The translations under genes and the position numbers were made by a program. This document shows positions 42,813 through 56,315 of a stretch of DNA of 64,000 bases, piece after piece. The notes beneath the pieces are model-generated. The model was not told where the DNA came from, ran no database searches, and worked only from the letters and a program-made list of their open reading frames with translations. Each line of letters starts with the position of its first letter. Positions within the stretch are counted from its first letter, which is position 1. Source of the DNA: Chrysomallon squamiferum (lineage: Eukaryota > Animalia > Mollusca); contig CM022665.1 in NCBI GenBank assembly GCA_012295275.1, positions 43,586,001-43,650,000 of the forward strand, written 5' to 3'.

Positions 42813-43341
42813 GTGATTCATATGTAAGAGTATTCATGTTTTATCTTAGGCTTTTTATTCGTTTATTTTATTTTTTTAAAAACATCTGTAAGTAACAATC
42901 AGTTTTGGTTGACTTTTGCAGAATCAGTATTGTTTAAAGTGAAATTACAAATGAGGATCTTTAAAGTTCTTTTTGTTGTTGTGAAATGGATGTTTGCTGC
43001 TTAAAAGAATTTAAATGGATTATGTTTTTGTAACAATCTTTTGTTATTTAATAGATTTCTTCTTTGTTTGGGCCATTTCGCTGTTGTAAGTGCCACAAAA
43101 GCAAAACAGAAAAAGACCACAAAAGAAAGAAGACAATATATGTACACTTCTGTACACTTCTGTACAAAAATGAACAAATAAAAACAAAACTAATAAACAT
43201 TTTTTGTTCATTATTTTTCTTCTGTTCTCATGATAAAACAAATCACAAGTTGGAGGGATGTTGAGTACATGTTTATTAAGAAGGAATGGGTATTTCAATT
43301 TTAAATGTTAAATAATTGTTAAGTTTCTAGAATAATGATGA

Positions 43342-43480
43342 TAACAGAGGAAACTCACTGCCATTGTGTGAGCTACTCTTATTAATTAGCAGCTAGGATG
43401 CTTTTATAAGCACCTTCTCTTAGAAAGAAAAATAGCCTTTGAAAACTAGTTGAGAGGCATGGGTTGGAATGGAAAACCAA
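43342..43480 (-). mobile_element. Decayed SINE core
   Basis: gaggaaactcactgcc...gagctactcttattaattagcagctaggatgcttttataagcacc is the reverse complement of the Meta-type core. Confidence 0.65.
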
Positions 43481-44250
43481 GATGATATATTTAGAAAGAC
43501 TGAAAAGTTCCTGATTAAACCTGAGTTGTCAGATTTTTATTTATAATTTTCTAAAAAGAATTGATAGCTGTTTTGAATAAAGAAATGATTTTTATTTTAT
43601 AACTGTACTAAATGAAAATGTGTAATTTGGTAATAAGTTTAAAGAAATAAAATAATATATAATACAGAACTGAATACATGTAAAATAATTAACTGACACC
43701 TATTTCAGTTCATGAATTATTATTTCTATAATAATTTCTTTTTACTCATACCTTCTCCGTTACGTTTTTCTTTTGATAATTTTCAAGTCATTTATTTTTA
43801 GTAATAACAGTAATTTAATCTTATTCACTTCTACTCTTTATGGAAAAAAATTAAGAAATGGATATAGGCAACAAAGAAAAACTAAATAATAAACAATCGA
43901 ACAATAATAATAAAACACCCAAATGCACAAACAGAAAAAAACAAGAAAAAACAAGAAAAAACAAAACAAAAACAAAAAAAAATTCAGATGGTGGAAAGGA
44001 ATACTACAGTTTACTGTTGTGTCTTTAGTTTATTTTCATAAGTAAAACTTTTTAATATTTATTTAAAATCGTGTTGTATATATTGTCTGGCGTGGATAAA
44101 GGAAATTTTTGAAGTGGACAGTATTTCCATCTGTTAATATAATCAGTTGTGTTCTGAGATAGCTGGCTACTATTTTAAAAATTGTATATCTAAAGCCTCT
44201 ATATCTGTAGCCAACAAGTATTAACCCTGACCGTAGATTTGTAGAAATGA

Positions 44251-44320
44251 TTATCATTCGAAAGATAAACCAAATAGAGATAAAGTTATCACTGTTATCA
44301 AAAGATAAGAGCATGATAAA
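44251..44320. promoter_or_regulatory. Homotypic WGATAA (GATA-factor) cluster
   Basis: Seven WGATAA/TTATCW sites at ~44251, 44263, 44278, 44286, 44295, 44303 and 44314, in both orientations. Confidence 0.45.
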
Positions 44321-44825
44321 GTCTTTGAAGATATGACAGCCATTTTCTTCGACAATAATGCAAAATGTCTCAGATTTAATCAACCATAGTTGAAGAATAA
44401 TGAAAATAAAAAAAAAAAAAAAAAAAAAGAAGAAACGTGAAAAGATGATGAATATGAAAAAATAATAACCTGATAGCTGATTTGGTTCATGTATTTTAAA
44501 AAGAAATGATAACCTGTATTGTAAAAAATATGTTATCACGATACTTTTAACACTGTCATGGGTATACCTTGTCATTATTCTTGTAAAAAATGGATGTAAT
44601 TATCCATGCTGGGTTGAAGAGAACAAGTAAAATGATAATAAAGAAGATGAATTTGATAAAGATTCGAATGACTCATTTGTTTTGTCCATCGAGGTAAAGG
44701 ATTAAAATTGTGCAATGACTTAAGTTGGTGTGTATGATGAAAGTGTCTTGAAAAAAGAAAAGAAAAAATCTTTTCATAATAATGAATTTTGTTCTGAAAT
44801 GTTAAATAGTTGATATAAAAATTGT

Positions 44826-44883
<58 letters not shown>

Positions 44884-45519
44884 ACAGAAACATATACTGA
44901 TAACATGTTTAAATTTTGAAAAGAAAACTGATAATAACAACAACAAAAATATAATTAGGAAAAGACTGAATAAATAAGAATAATAAGATGAAGAAGAAGA
45001 AGAAAATAAATATCCACTTGTTTATCTGAAGAAAACAAAAATAATTGTTAATATTTATTATTTTTTTAAAGTTCTATTGTTCTCTTATCTAAGAGATAAA
45101 ATTTTATTTTTGTAAAAATCATATTACTATGTTATCAACACTATTGTTGGAAGTAACTGTTGCAATATAACGGTTACAAAAACCCAAACACATATAGATA
45201 AGATTTAAATACCAAAGCAATGACAAGTCAAAAAAAGAAACAAAAATATAAGAAAAAGAAACAAAAAGAAAAACAAAACAAAAAAACCCCCAAAAGTACA
45301 GATTGGATTTAATTACTGAAGCAAATGACAAGTCGTATTTTTTTTATATCTTTTTTTTTTAAAAATAAGGAAAACACATTTACACAATCATGAACTGTTA
45401 TTCAGCTTGTTTCATCATGTTTCCCCAAAAAGATGATATAATGCTTGTTTTTTTTTGTTTTGTTTTTTTCCAACAATATTGTTATCTTGATACTTTTGAC
45501 ATTGTGTTGAGTGTAGCCT

Positions 45520-45975
45520 GTCGCCACACTGACTGTTGCACACAATTCTACTCGCTGACCACAAACAGGATTATCAAGCGTTACATCTACCTTCGACAAA
45601 ACGATGTACAGTTATGAATTATACTGCGCAAGACCCGAAGAAAGAAGAAGCCACAAGCAGGCATGGATACACGGGTGGAAAAACTCTTTGATAACGGTCG
45701 CACAATGGGGATGAATTTACACCTACAGCCGGGGAAGAAATTTATCTGCAGTCTCCTTTGTCGTGTTAATCCATGGGCAGCATGCTAATATCATGTGCAA
45801 GGTAAATAGATTTTACAAAAACGTGTGCCCATACAGATGTTGTGGATCGGGTACCACTGTGGATCACTGTTTACCAGTTAAAATGACAATAAACTTTTTT
45901 ATATTCCACCAGAGTTTTTCTTATGACAGTGATGATACGCCAGTTTAGATGTTGTGAGGAAAACACTACCGGTGT
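45520..45975. promoter_or_regulatory. CpG-retaining island, putative promoter/enhancer
   Basis: Elevated CpG and GC, with a plus-strand donor-like caag|gtaaat at ~45801. Confidence 0.35.
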
Positions 45976-46923
45976 TGTTCCAGTGTTTGTACAGAGCCAA
46001 GTGCAAACAGCCATAAATGTCCTGATGAAAACTGAAATATTAGACATTATGTGTAAACAGCAAGTTGTTGTTTAGAGAGAAATGATATATCTCGAGTGAA
46101 AATTCCATCTTGAGTATAATTACTTGTTAAATATAACTTTATCTTCTTCCTTCGTGTATTTCACAATAAAATCACTGTTCTGGATTTCATTACCAAAAAA
46201 AAAATATATATATATAAAAAAAAAAATTCTTAAAAAGTAATGAAAACAAACTGCTTAAAACGTTTGAAATGAAAAAGTTAAGAAACTCCCAAATCTATCT
46301 GACACAGACATTGATGCATCTGTTAGGCTGTTTGTGTACTCTCACTGAAATATCAAAGATAATGGTATGTGATACCCAGTCAGTGGAAAGTGCATAGAAA
46401 CTGTTGCTTTTAACAGAAATCCACTGAGCATCAGATTTCCCCATCTTTTAAAGAAAACCAGCTTGACACCTAATAACCATTAATATTAAATAATTTAGAT
46501 TTATCTTTAAACATTCACACAACATTCAGAAAACATATAAAACAATCTTTGTATGAGGTAATAAAAAAAAACTGAATTACTTTGAAGAAATAACAATATG
46601 TAAGGCGAAAAAAAAAAAAAAAAAAAATTGATGAATGCCTGACCAATTGTATCAAAAATGCTTTAGAGAATTTTTGTTTTCATGAATATTTATTTTCAGT
46701 TGTAAAATCGCTCTCATTGTGTAATATTCATTTATGTAAATAAATTTTTAATAAACGCTTGTGTTGTTTGAATATCATCCTTCAGGCTTCTTGTCAATTT
46801 ATTCATATTTGTTTGATGCCAGATAGATGACGTATTTTTCCTGCTGGGCTGTCATAAACTTTTATTCATTCACATCTACGTGTTTATGTTTATATCTACT
46901 GAGCAGGTTTTCTTCGTTGTCAA

Positions 46924-46954
<31 letters not shown>

Positions 46955-47039
46955 CTGGCTGGTTATCAGATATGATAATTAGAAATGAAATGATTTCTCA
47001 AAAAAAAAAAAAAAAAAAAAAATGAAGATTTTTTTTTTT

Positions 47040-47403
47040 TTTAAAGTAATAAAAATGATGATGATAATAATAATAAAAAAAAGTAATAATGATAAAAATA
47101 ATAAATAAATATATAAAAAAGTTTAGACTTGACAACGGCAAGGAAACTTTTACAAAAACAGGGTTAAATGAACCTCTTGAAACTGCATGGTAAATAATAC
47201 AGGTTCAGAATTGTTTGTTTTTTAAAAAAGTAATAAAAATGATGATGATAACGATGATAATAATGATAAAAATAATAAATACATATATGAAAAGGTTCAG
47301 ACTTGACAATTTATGAAAGCAATGGCAAGGAAACGTGCACAAAAACGGGGGTAAATGAACCTCTTGAAACTGCATGGTAAATAATACCGGTTCTGAATTG
47401 TTT
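47040..47403. repeat. Direct tandem duplication, two ~180-bp copies
   Basis: agacttgacaa...ggcaaggaaac...taaatgaacctcttgaaactgcatggtaaataatac.ggttc.gaattgttt occurs twice. Confidence 0.92.
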
Positions 47404-48209
47404 AAGCGGGTTTGCTGTAACATGACATCGTATCACTGAAGACGATGGTGAATTAAAAGATTAAATTTATCTGTACAGCGATACCTTTAAACTGTCTGGT
47501 CCAATGAATGCTTTGTTTCTTGATAGCACACTCACATTCCCAGATGAGTCTGTAGTATCCAGTTAGTATCAGTATCCCAGGATGTTTGTGTAGAGTTTTG
47601 TTTACGAGTTTCTCTCTATCTGCTTGTTAATCTTCTTGTTGCTAGCAACTGCTTGTCCATACAGAAGAACTCATCCACTCGATAGCAAGAATATCATTAA
47701 GCTGGTATTTCCATATTAAGTAGATAAAAGTTAAAATAGGATTTTAAAAATTAAAATTAAAATCTCGTTATGATTTTTTTTTGCTCAAAAATCCTTTCTT
47801 TCCCCTTGCTTTCACAAATATAACATTATCTAATGCTATTTTACTTTTTTTTTTTTCTGCTAAAAATATTCATGTGTTTTTGAATGTGACAGAGACATTA
47901 GTTTCTAGATTCTCAAAAAAAAAAAAAAAAAAAACTCACAAAGAAATAAATAAACAAAAAACATACAAATAAAAAAAAAATAATAACATAAAAGAACTCA
48001 GAAGGTTCTGAATATTAATGTACTTTTTGTCAGTTTTGACAAGAATTGTGAATGAATAAGTAAATCAGCTTTCAGTTTGACAGTTATTAAAGGTTAAACT
48101 TATTTTATTTTATTAACTTTTTTTTTCTCTCCAAATGGATATAATAGGAAATCTGTTGCTGATACACCATAAATAACTTAAAAAACATGAAAAAAAAAAA
48201 AAAAAAAAA

Positions 48210-48243
<34 letters not shown>

Positions 48244-48334
48244 TAGATAAATGTAAAAAAAAAAAAAAAATAAAAAAAAATACAGAATAACATATACTCC
48301 ACATCACGTACAGAGGAAAACAAATGAAACAACT

Positions 48335-48450
48335 CAATAAACCAGCCAGAGCACCAAGGTTGGAACGGGAAATAACCCACAGGGGACCATGCTGAGAACT
48401 GATCCTGCATCCCTCAGGAGCACTTTACAGCTCAACTTCAGCATTCCTTG
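48335..48450 (-). mobile_element. SINE 5' portion (tRNA-like head)
   Basis: ggttggaacgggaaataacccacaggggacc...aactgatcctg...gagcactttac matches the other copies. Confidence 0.55.
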
Positions 48451-49979
48451 ATGGAGATTTAATCTTAAACAATATCGTTTGTGTTCATCATTTAATACAC
48501 TGTCTCATCATACCTCTTTTATTCACATATTTATTTTTCAACCATCAACCACCAATTTATTTTTTATTTTATTGACAAGATATCATTTCGTTTCACCTTC
48601 TGATGAAAAGAAAAATAATAAAAACGACAAGACTGTGTCTGAAATTTCAAAAATGATTGATGGTTTTAGGTGAAAAATTCATTTTTAACTTGATGTGCCA
48701 AGATGGATAAAGATCTGGTTTCGCACATAAAAAAAAAAAAAAATATTTGTGCTGGTCGTCTTGACTGGAGAGATATATGAACTGTAAACAAAAATTTAAA
48801 ACTAAATTCTCACTTAATACTGTTTGTATTGTGACACATTCAGCACAAAAACTTGTCACAAAAACAGTGTCGTATTTCAGCCGATTGTATCGAGTGACCA
48901 TAAAATATAAAATTACTTACGTAAAATAGTGTTAGCTTTATTGGTGGGGGTGGGATGAGCAACAAGTGCTAAAACATTCTTCTTGTTTTTCAATCTGGCA
49001 AGGATCTGTGTGTGTATGTAAAGCTTTTTGAAATGGCTACCGTTGATCTTTTTCTTCACTATTAAAAATTCAAGTACTAACTGTACAAACATTGGCATGA
49101 AAAGTTATTCAGTAATACTGTAAACAGTGATGTTTTTTATGTGTTTTTTTTTTTTAAAGATATTTATGTAGTGGTGTCCTTGAATTCATATGCAGATTTC
49201 AAATTAGCATGTACTTATCACTGATGATTATGTAATTCAAGAATGGGAAATTGCCAGATGTGAAGGATTCAGACCTTGTCCTACTTTTTCTCAGAACACC
49301 AAGAAAAATGAAGATCAATCTTTTTACTCTTTCTCTCTCTCTCACAAAAAACAGTCATCTATAATGAATTAACAATGTGAAAATCAACTGAATAATAACA
49401 GAATCATTCTATAAGGTTACATAAATTTAGATAAACTCCCCAGTCAAACTCTCTGACAAAAATACTTCACTAAGCTCAAGAATTAAAACAATGCATCTGA
49501 AAACATTTACTGAATCTCACATCATCTGCACCCATTTTTTCAAAACGACTTAATTACTTCGGTGTTGGATTTACATGTGCACACACTTGAAGAAGCTATG
49601 CTGTACACAGACAGGTGTTTATTAACACAAACACTGCTTGCAGCTAAACATGAAGGCTATCGGGGCTGGACTTCACAAGACAAGAGCTACACAGTCCCAG
49701 AGGAGTTGCTTGTAAACTCCACCTGATAAACTGTGAGAGACACGCACTAATTGAAAGCATGTGGCCAGCTTTTCTGCCTAATTGTTGCAGCTTTATGAAT
49801 GTTCATCAAAGGTTTTTAGGTGATTTGCCACTGACCTGTAGAATTCCACCCTCTCCGCTAATTGGAGTTCTCTCTGAGATAATGTGTTGAATGATGCTGC
49901 ACTCTGACACCTCGACCCACCAGAGTCTCCATGAGAAACACTATTTTTTGTTTTGTCTCTCTTTGATTTCAAGTGTGTG

Positions 49980-50330
49980 TGAGAATTTGGCTGCACTTGT
50001 TTATATTTCTGTGATATCACATTGTTTTTACATCACTGCGTAGGTGAATTTTGGTTGCAGTTGTTTGTATATCCATGATATCATATTGTTTTTATGTTAT
50101 CATATAGGGAAAGTTGGTTGAATTATGTTTATCTTTGATACACAGTAGAATTTTCATTTTGCATCCATATGCAGGGGAATTTGGCTGCATTGTGATACTA
50201 TATGGAGGGGAATTTGGCTGCATTGTGATACTATATGGAGGAGAACTTGGCTGTTGTGATATTTAGGGGAATTTGGCTGCATTGTGTGTTTGTTATATGT
50301 TAAGGAATTTGGCTCAAGAAATTTGGATGG
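49980..50330. repeat. Degenerate minisatellite, ~33-bp core unit
   Basis: ggggaatttggctgcattgtgatactatatgga and variants, about 8-9 copies. Confidence 0.85.
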
Positions 50331-50377
50331 TTTTTCTTTGATGTCATTTTGTTATGTTTATTGATATCTTATGTGTG

Positions 50378-50432
<55 letters not shown>

Positions 50433-50483
50433 AAGAGACTGATGTAGCCAATATAAGAAATTTTAACAGAGGTGTGTGTGTAT

Positions 50484-50515
<32 letters not shown>

Positions 50516-51729
50516 GCCTTCTTCAATTCCTTTCCTGCACAGGTGAATGAATAAATGATGGATGTTTGTGTGAGTGTCTATATATCATAATGTTTTTTTA
50601 ATTAAAACGGTGTGTGCCAAGCTAGACAGAACTTTATAGTTGAAAAACGCCCACTGGAAGTCAGCATTAATCTAACAAGTGTATAAATATAATTTGTGAG
50701 ATCCAACCACCTGCACATATGACTTGCAGTGCAGTTTTTAATGTCTGGATGCTCTCCTTTCCATCCTGGGACAGAAGCTGGGAAATAGAACATTAGGTCA
50801 GAACCATTAAACTAAATACTAATTAATGTAACCTGTATTTATTTAAGCAGAAATGTATAATGATTTGAAAAACAATTTTTTTTTGTAGGAATGTTTTTTT
50901 AATATTTTTAATATTTTTAATTCTAAATTATCACACGTGCACACACACATACACACAAACACAATGTTATTAGGTAAAAAGTTTTCATAATGGTTATTAG
51001 TTTTATGCCCTCTCCAACATTTCACTTTATTAGGCCATGTCTCTGTGGCAGAATTTTTCTTAATTTAACAAGTTCAGAAGGTTGTTTTATAAGTTGAAAT
51101 GATAGCAACACATTTTTTTTTTTTTTTTTTTTTTTAATTTAAAAAATATAAAACGTTGTTTACGATAATTGCATCCCGCAGTGTTTAACACATTCTGGTT
51201 ATGTCAAACTATTACCTTTATTTTAGTTTTTATTATTATTAATATTTTTTTTTTTTTTTTTTTTTTTTTTTACCTGGCCACACAAGTATGACATAATGAT
51301 ATATTTGCCAATCTTGAAAGTTAAAATAAATCAAACTTGTATCTAGAGTGCAGCTTTTTATTTTCGTAGTTTAATGAATCATAATTTCTGACAGACAAGA
51401 GATAGGACTGCTTAGAAGTCTCAACTTTTAAACTGTTTTTCTGCTTTTCAAACACAAGCTGTTTATAAATTGAACATAATCGCTGCTAAAAGTGCTCATT
51501 CCTGTATCAGATGTTTGGGGGGAAAAAAATCTGTGTTGTTGTTATTATTGATATTTTCATTCACAAATTGCAGCACTTTTCAAAGACATGACTTCATTTT
51601 TGGAACGAAAAAAAAAAAAAAAAAAAAAAAAAAATTGGTAATAAAATAAGATGAAGAGTTAAATGGTCAAGATTATAAAATGAAATTATTATTTTGATGA
51701 AGAAAAGTTTTGTTACCATTAAAATAAAT

Positions 51730-52025
51730 TAAAGTAAAGTAATAATAGTAAAGCAAAGTAAAAGTTATAGTAAAGTAAAGTAAAGTAAAGTAAAGTAAAG
51801 TAAAGTAAAGTAAAGTAAAGTACAGTAAAGTAAAGTAAAATAAACTAAAGTATAGAGTAAAGTAAAATAAACTAAAGTAGAGTAAAATAACTAAAGTAAA
51901 GTAAAATAACTAAAGTAAAGTAAAATAACTAAAGTAAAATATAAAGTAAAGTAAAGTAAAGTAAAATAAAATAAAAAAATGAAGTGAAGCAAAGCAAAGC
52001 AAAATAAAATAAAAGAGAAATAAAT
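51730..52025. repeat. (AAAGT)n pentanucleotide microsatellite with degenerate flanks
   Basis: Direct observation. Confidence 0.95.
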
Positions 52026-52208
52026 AAAACACAAATTAATATGGAGTAGAGATAATGTATCTTTGAAATCAAAGAAATGACCAGGGGGTAATTTTGAACC
52101 AGATTAATTTAAAAAAATATATATATAATAAACACTGTCCTAGATTTAGTTCACCTGTTCACAATACACAGTGACATACTTTTCAACACAGGAGCACACT
52201 GAAAAGAA

Positions 52209-52398
52209 GGTGCCAGAACATTTGCTCACCAGACACTTGCTCACCATCCATTTGCTCAGCAGACACTTGCTCACCACCATTTGCTCACCATCATTTGCCC
52301 ACCAGACACTTGTCTACTGGAAAGTGGCTCACCACAGAATTATTCAATGGGCAAATGTCTGTTGAGAAACTGTTTAGTCAGCAAATGTACTGTAAACC
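52209..52398. mobile_element. Small non-autonomous foldback/MITE-like element with ~15-bp subterminal repeats
   Basis: The left end ggtgccagaacatttgctcacc is followed by ~7-8 (ga)caYttgctcacca units. The right end has inverted units (gggcaaatgtc, cagcaaatgtactgtaaacc). No TSD is evident. Confidence 0.6.
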
Positions 52399-54359
52399 AG
52401 TGTTCTTCAGTCAAAAATAACACTGGATGAAGATATCACTTTAATTCCATGATTATTTTAAACAGATTATGAATTTTTAAAATATATTGAAGAAGCAGTC
52501 TTTTTTCAATTTTAATATACTGAATTTCATAATAAAATACATTTGTAGATTTGTGTGTGTGTGTATTTTCAGACTTTACCTTTAGTTAAATAACAAGTAC
52601 AACTACAACAACAACCAATTCACTCACTAACTCACTAATCAGTACCAAAATTATAGAAACAGAACAGTATTGTCCAGGATGATAATTAAAACAAACATCT
52701 ATAACTTTCTGGATCAAACAATAGCTTCTGTATACTGCTCTTTGTTTTTTTTATAAGACACCACAAAACACTGGCTTTGAGTAAGATCACAAGCTTTGCA
52801 CTCTCATTTACAACAAAATCACGACAAGCCCTCTACTGAGAAATGTCCTGGTTACATCCCTGATTACATTTTTTGATAACCACATAACACATTACTCTGA
52901 AAAATTGTCCATGTTGTTGGATGATATTTAACTCAATTACAGTGTGGTAATTGAGACAAATACACTTCCTGCTTTATTATTCAAACACTCTCTGATAAAG
53001 CATCCACCTAGGGCTAGAGATAAATGTCAAAGATTCATTTTGGTCAATTATCAAAACACATTTTAAATTACGTTTTTTTCGCTAATGACTGTTCATTATT
53101 GATGAGGTCACATTTCAATTTTATTATTATTACTTTTTTTTTTTCCCCCCAACAGCAACAACGACAACAATAACAACCATAAAAAAAATTAAATTAAAAA
53201 TTTCATCAACTACAATTAATTATAAATGTGTACATTAACTTCAAATAACTACATATTTAAATACAGTACAGTGCAGAAAATTTCTTTTCTCACTCTCTCG
53301 ACACCTTATACAATAAAAAAAAAAAAAAACATTGAATTTACTCATGTTTTAAACAAAAAGCTTGTTAATATTTAAATGCAAGTCACATTTCAAAATTCTT
53401 TCAAGGAGATATGATCTTAAGTTAACACATATGTGGACTGAATCATTCTTGTACTAATATGTTGCTGGTATAATTTAAACTATGATTCACACTAAAAAGC
53501 ATGCTCACACATTTATTTAACATGTAAAAAGCCAGACATTTACAAATCTTAAGTGGATATGTGTTATAGTTTTCACTTTCTGCATTTCACTGCTATTTAT
53601 TTGTTAAGAGTATAGACATACACATGACATGTCTTGGTCTTTTTTTCTTCTGTTTTCATTTTTACACTATTCTGTCCATATCTGGAAATCTTTCAAGTTC
53701 TTTGGTGGTATGTGTAATGTTTTGAATATTATTCTAGAATTTGGTATTTTATAAGTTAGAAAGGATTTAGCATTATCCTTCTGAATAATTAAAGTTCAGA
53801 CTTAAGACTGATCCCACAACATACCAGATCCTAAGTCTAAGAAGCGACAAACAACTGTACCACTAAGGACCATCTATGTAGGATTGTGTAAGCACAATAC
53901 TAACAACATCTAACTGATGTCTGTCCTCCAATGATATAACCATTGTGCCATTAAACAAACATGTGACACACACTAAAGCTGATTTTACAGCAATAAAAGT
54001 ATAGGTAATTTATTACAACACGATAACCAAACACGAGCTTATCAGAATTACATAATGAAGACTATGTTACCCGAGCACCAGGTAAAAAAAAAATGTTACT
54101 ATTAATTACCTGACATTCTGGCAGGTGCTGGTAATAACAATTTGTTTTGGTGTGGGATTTTCTTTTTTTTTTTTCTTTCTTTCTTTCCTCTTTGTTCTTC
54201 CAAATGTGATGGTTTATCAGTATAGAAGACCAAACTGGACTGTTTAGTGGACTATCTACATCCTGAACACAAACACTGGCACGCTTTTTAATTAGTGTGC
54301 CTGGATAAGTGCTGTGTACTAATTGCTGATTGGGGCTGATAGAGAATGGAGAAAAGAAT

Positions 54360-54720
54360 TACTGCGTGGCAACAGGCTTTTGATCTTCCCTCAGGATATC
54401 TGTGCTGGGTCTTAGGACAGGGCTAAGGAAAATGTGACAGGTAAACACAGCGCATAATGAATCTACCTTGGTGCCCGATTGCGACCCGCCTCCCAGCCAT
54501 CTTGAAATGTAAAGGAACAAAAGACTGGGGATAAATAAACCAAACAATTGGTGATTTTTGAAGAGGGGGGAAAACACACTGCATGATTGTCCTGCAAGGA
54601 GAGCTGGAAAGAAAAATAAGCCAATATTGGAGTTGTAATTTGAAATTAGCCGTAATCAAGTTTTGATGTTGTGTTTTGTACGCTGTGATGTAATGTAAGG
54701 TGACATCAGTTTGTGTTCGC
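54360..54720. promoter_or_regulatory. CpG-retaining island with YY1-like and GC-box-like motifs
   Basis: cccgcctcccagccatcttgaa at ~54485-54506. Confidence 0.4.
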
Positions 54721-55759
54721 AGACTCTGCTTTCAGTTCCGAGGGAAGTTGCCTTTGTCTAAGTTAATATGTTCTCAGTCTTCATTGTTATGTGAGCAGAT
54801 TTTATCAGATACTTTAAGGATTGAAACCATGACATCTGCTTGAAAGGCACAATGGAGAAAAGCATACCAGTGTGAAAATTTATTTTTTAAACCCTGCATC
54901 AAAACTGTATTTCTTATAATCAAATCTACGTAATTCGATTATATGATATATATAAATTTAAAAAAAGACTTTCTATTCATACACATATATATATATATAT
55001 ATACACACATACATACATACATACATACAGACATGATGTATATATTTATATGTTTATATATGTATGTATGTAATGTTAAAAAAATAAAAATAAATAAATA
55101 ATATTAATAAATAAATAAAATCAAAAAACAATATATGTGAAAATAATCAGCAAACGGAAACGCTTTTGAATCTAGTCACGAGACAGAACACAAAAATTAA
55201 TACATCAGATTGTTTTATCATAATTTGCCACACCGGATGTTTGCTATTTAATGAATTTTTAATTACATTTTCTGTGGCCGAGCTTTCCATTGACAAAAAT
55301 TAAAAGCTTAAGAGCAAATTGATTGAAGTATTACCTTCCCAACAGAACAGGGCATATATATATATATATATATATTCATAAAGCATAATCAGTTGAATCA
55401 GTTCACGAAATGAGGACAAAGATGTCACACAATATACTGCTGATCTGATTTCCTGTACATTTATGTTTACATACACAATTACGTAAACCTGTCAAACTGG
55501 TTTTATATTTTTATGCTCTTTATGTACATTTCTGTTATCCCATCTGATTCTTTAATTCATGCATATTTCAAAGCTGTCTCTCTGTTATCCTACTGAGAGA
55601 GTGTAGTAAAACTGTTAAAATGATGGCCTCAGGCTCAAATAACAATCAACACTTAACTGCCAAACCTACTGCACTTAGTCTTGATCCCGAGTTTAATTAG
55701 AAACTCAGATTTACTGAAATTAATAAAGAATGGGCCACAGCAGTGCAAATCAGTGAGCA

Positions 55760-56315
55760 GTAGAGGTATAGGGTTAATCTTCAATACACCCAAAGGGGTA
55801 TCTTCACTTTCCTGCAGCAGAATGAAGAGTAGAAGGATGTAGGATTAATCCTTATTACATCCAAAGAAATAACTTTTCTGTAAGAGTACTTGGGTGTAGG
55901 ATTGACCCAAGGGGAAAAAAATTCACTTTCCTATGACTCACAGTCTGTTAAGTATGAAAAATAGATGGGTGTAGGTTCAGTCCTCATTACATCCAGTGGA
56001 TAACGTAACTTTTCTGTGACATGTGAGGGTTACACCAAATTCTCTAGTAGCGAGGTAAAATTCTAATCTGAAAAGTCATAGGGGACACAGGATCAATTCT
56101 ACACCCAAAGGGTTGACATCACTTTCCCATGACACATTACAGCCATACAAAAAGTCTCTGAGGAACAGAAAAACATTCCTTGTTGCTTGCTTGAAATGTC
56201 TTTTAATTAGTAGTAGGTTTCTTCTTTTAGATGTTTACAAAAAATCATAACTGACACTTAACTACTTATCAGTATTAAAATTAATGTTTGAAATATGTCA
56301 AACATTAAAATATTT
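55760..56315 (+). mobile_element. SINE-derived structure: ~5 tandem head-like units followed by a SINE-like tail
   Basis: gtaggatYaatcct..ttacaYcca...cactttcc is repeated at ~55770, 55838, 55895, 55970 and 56088. It is followed by ggtttcttcttttaga...tgacacttaa...attaatgt, similar to the reverse complement of 1801-2050. Confidence 0.45.
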
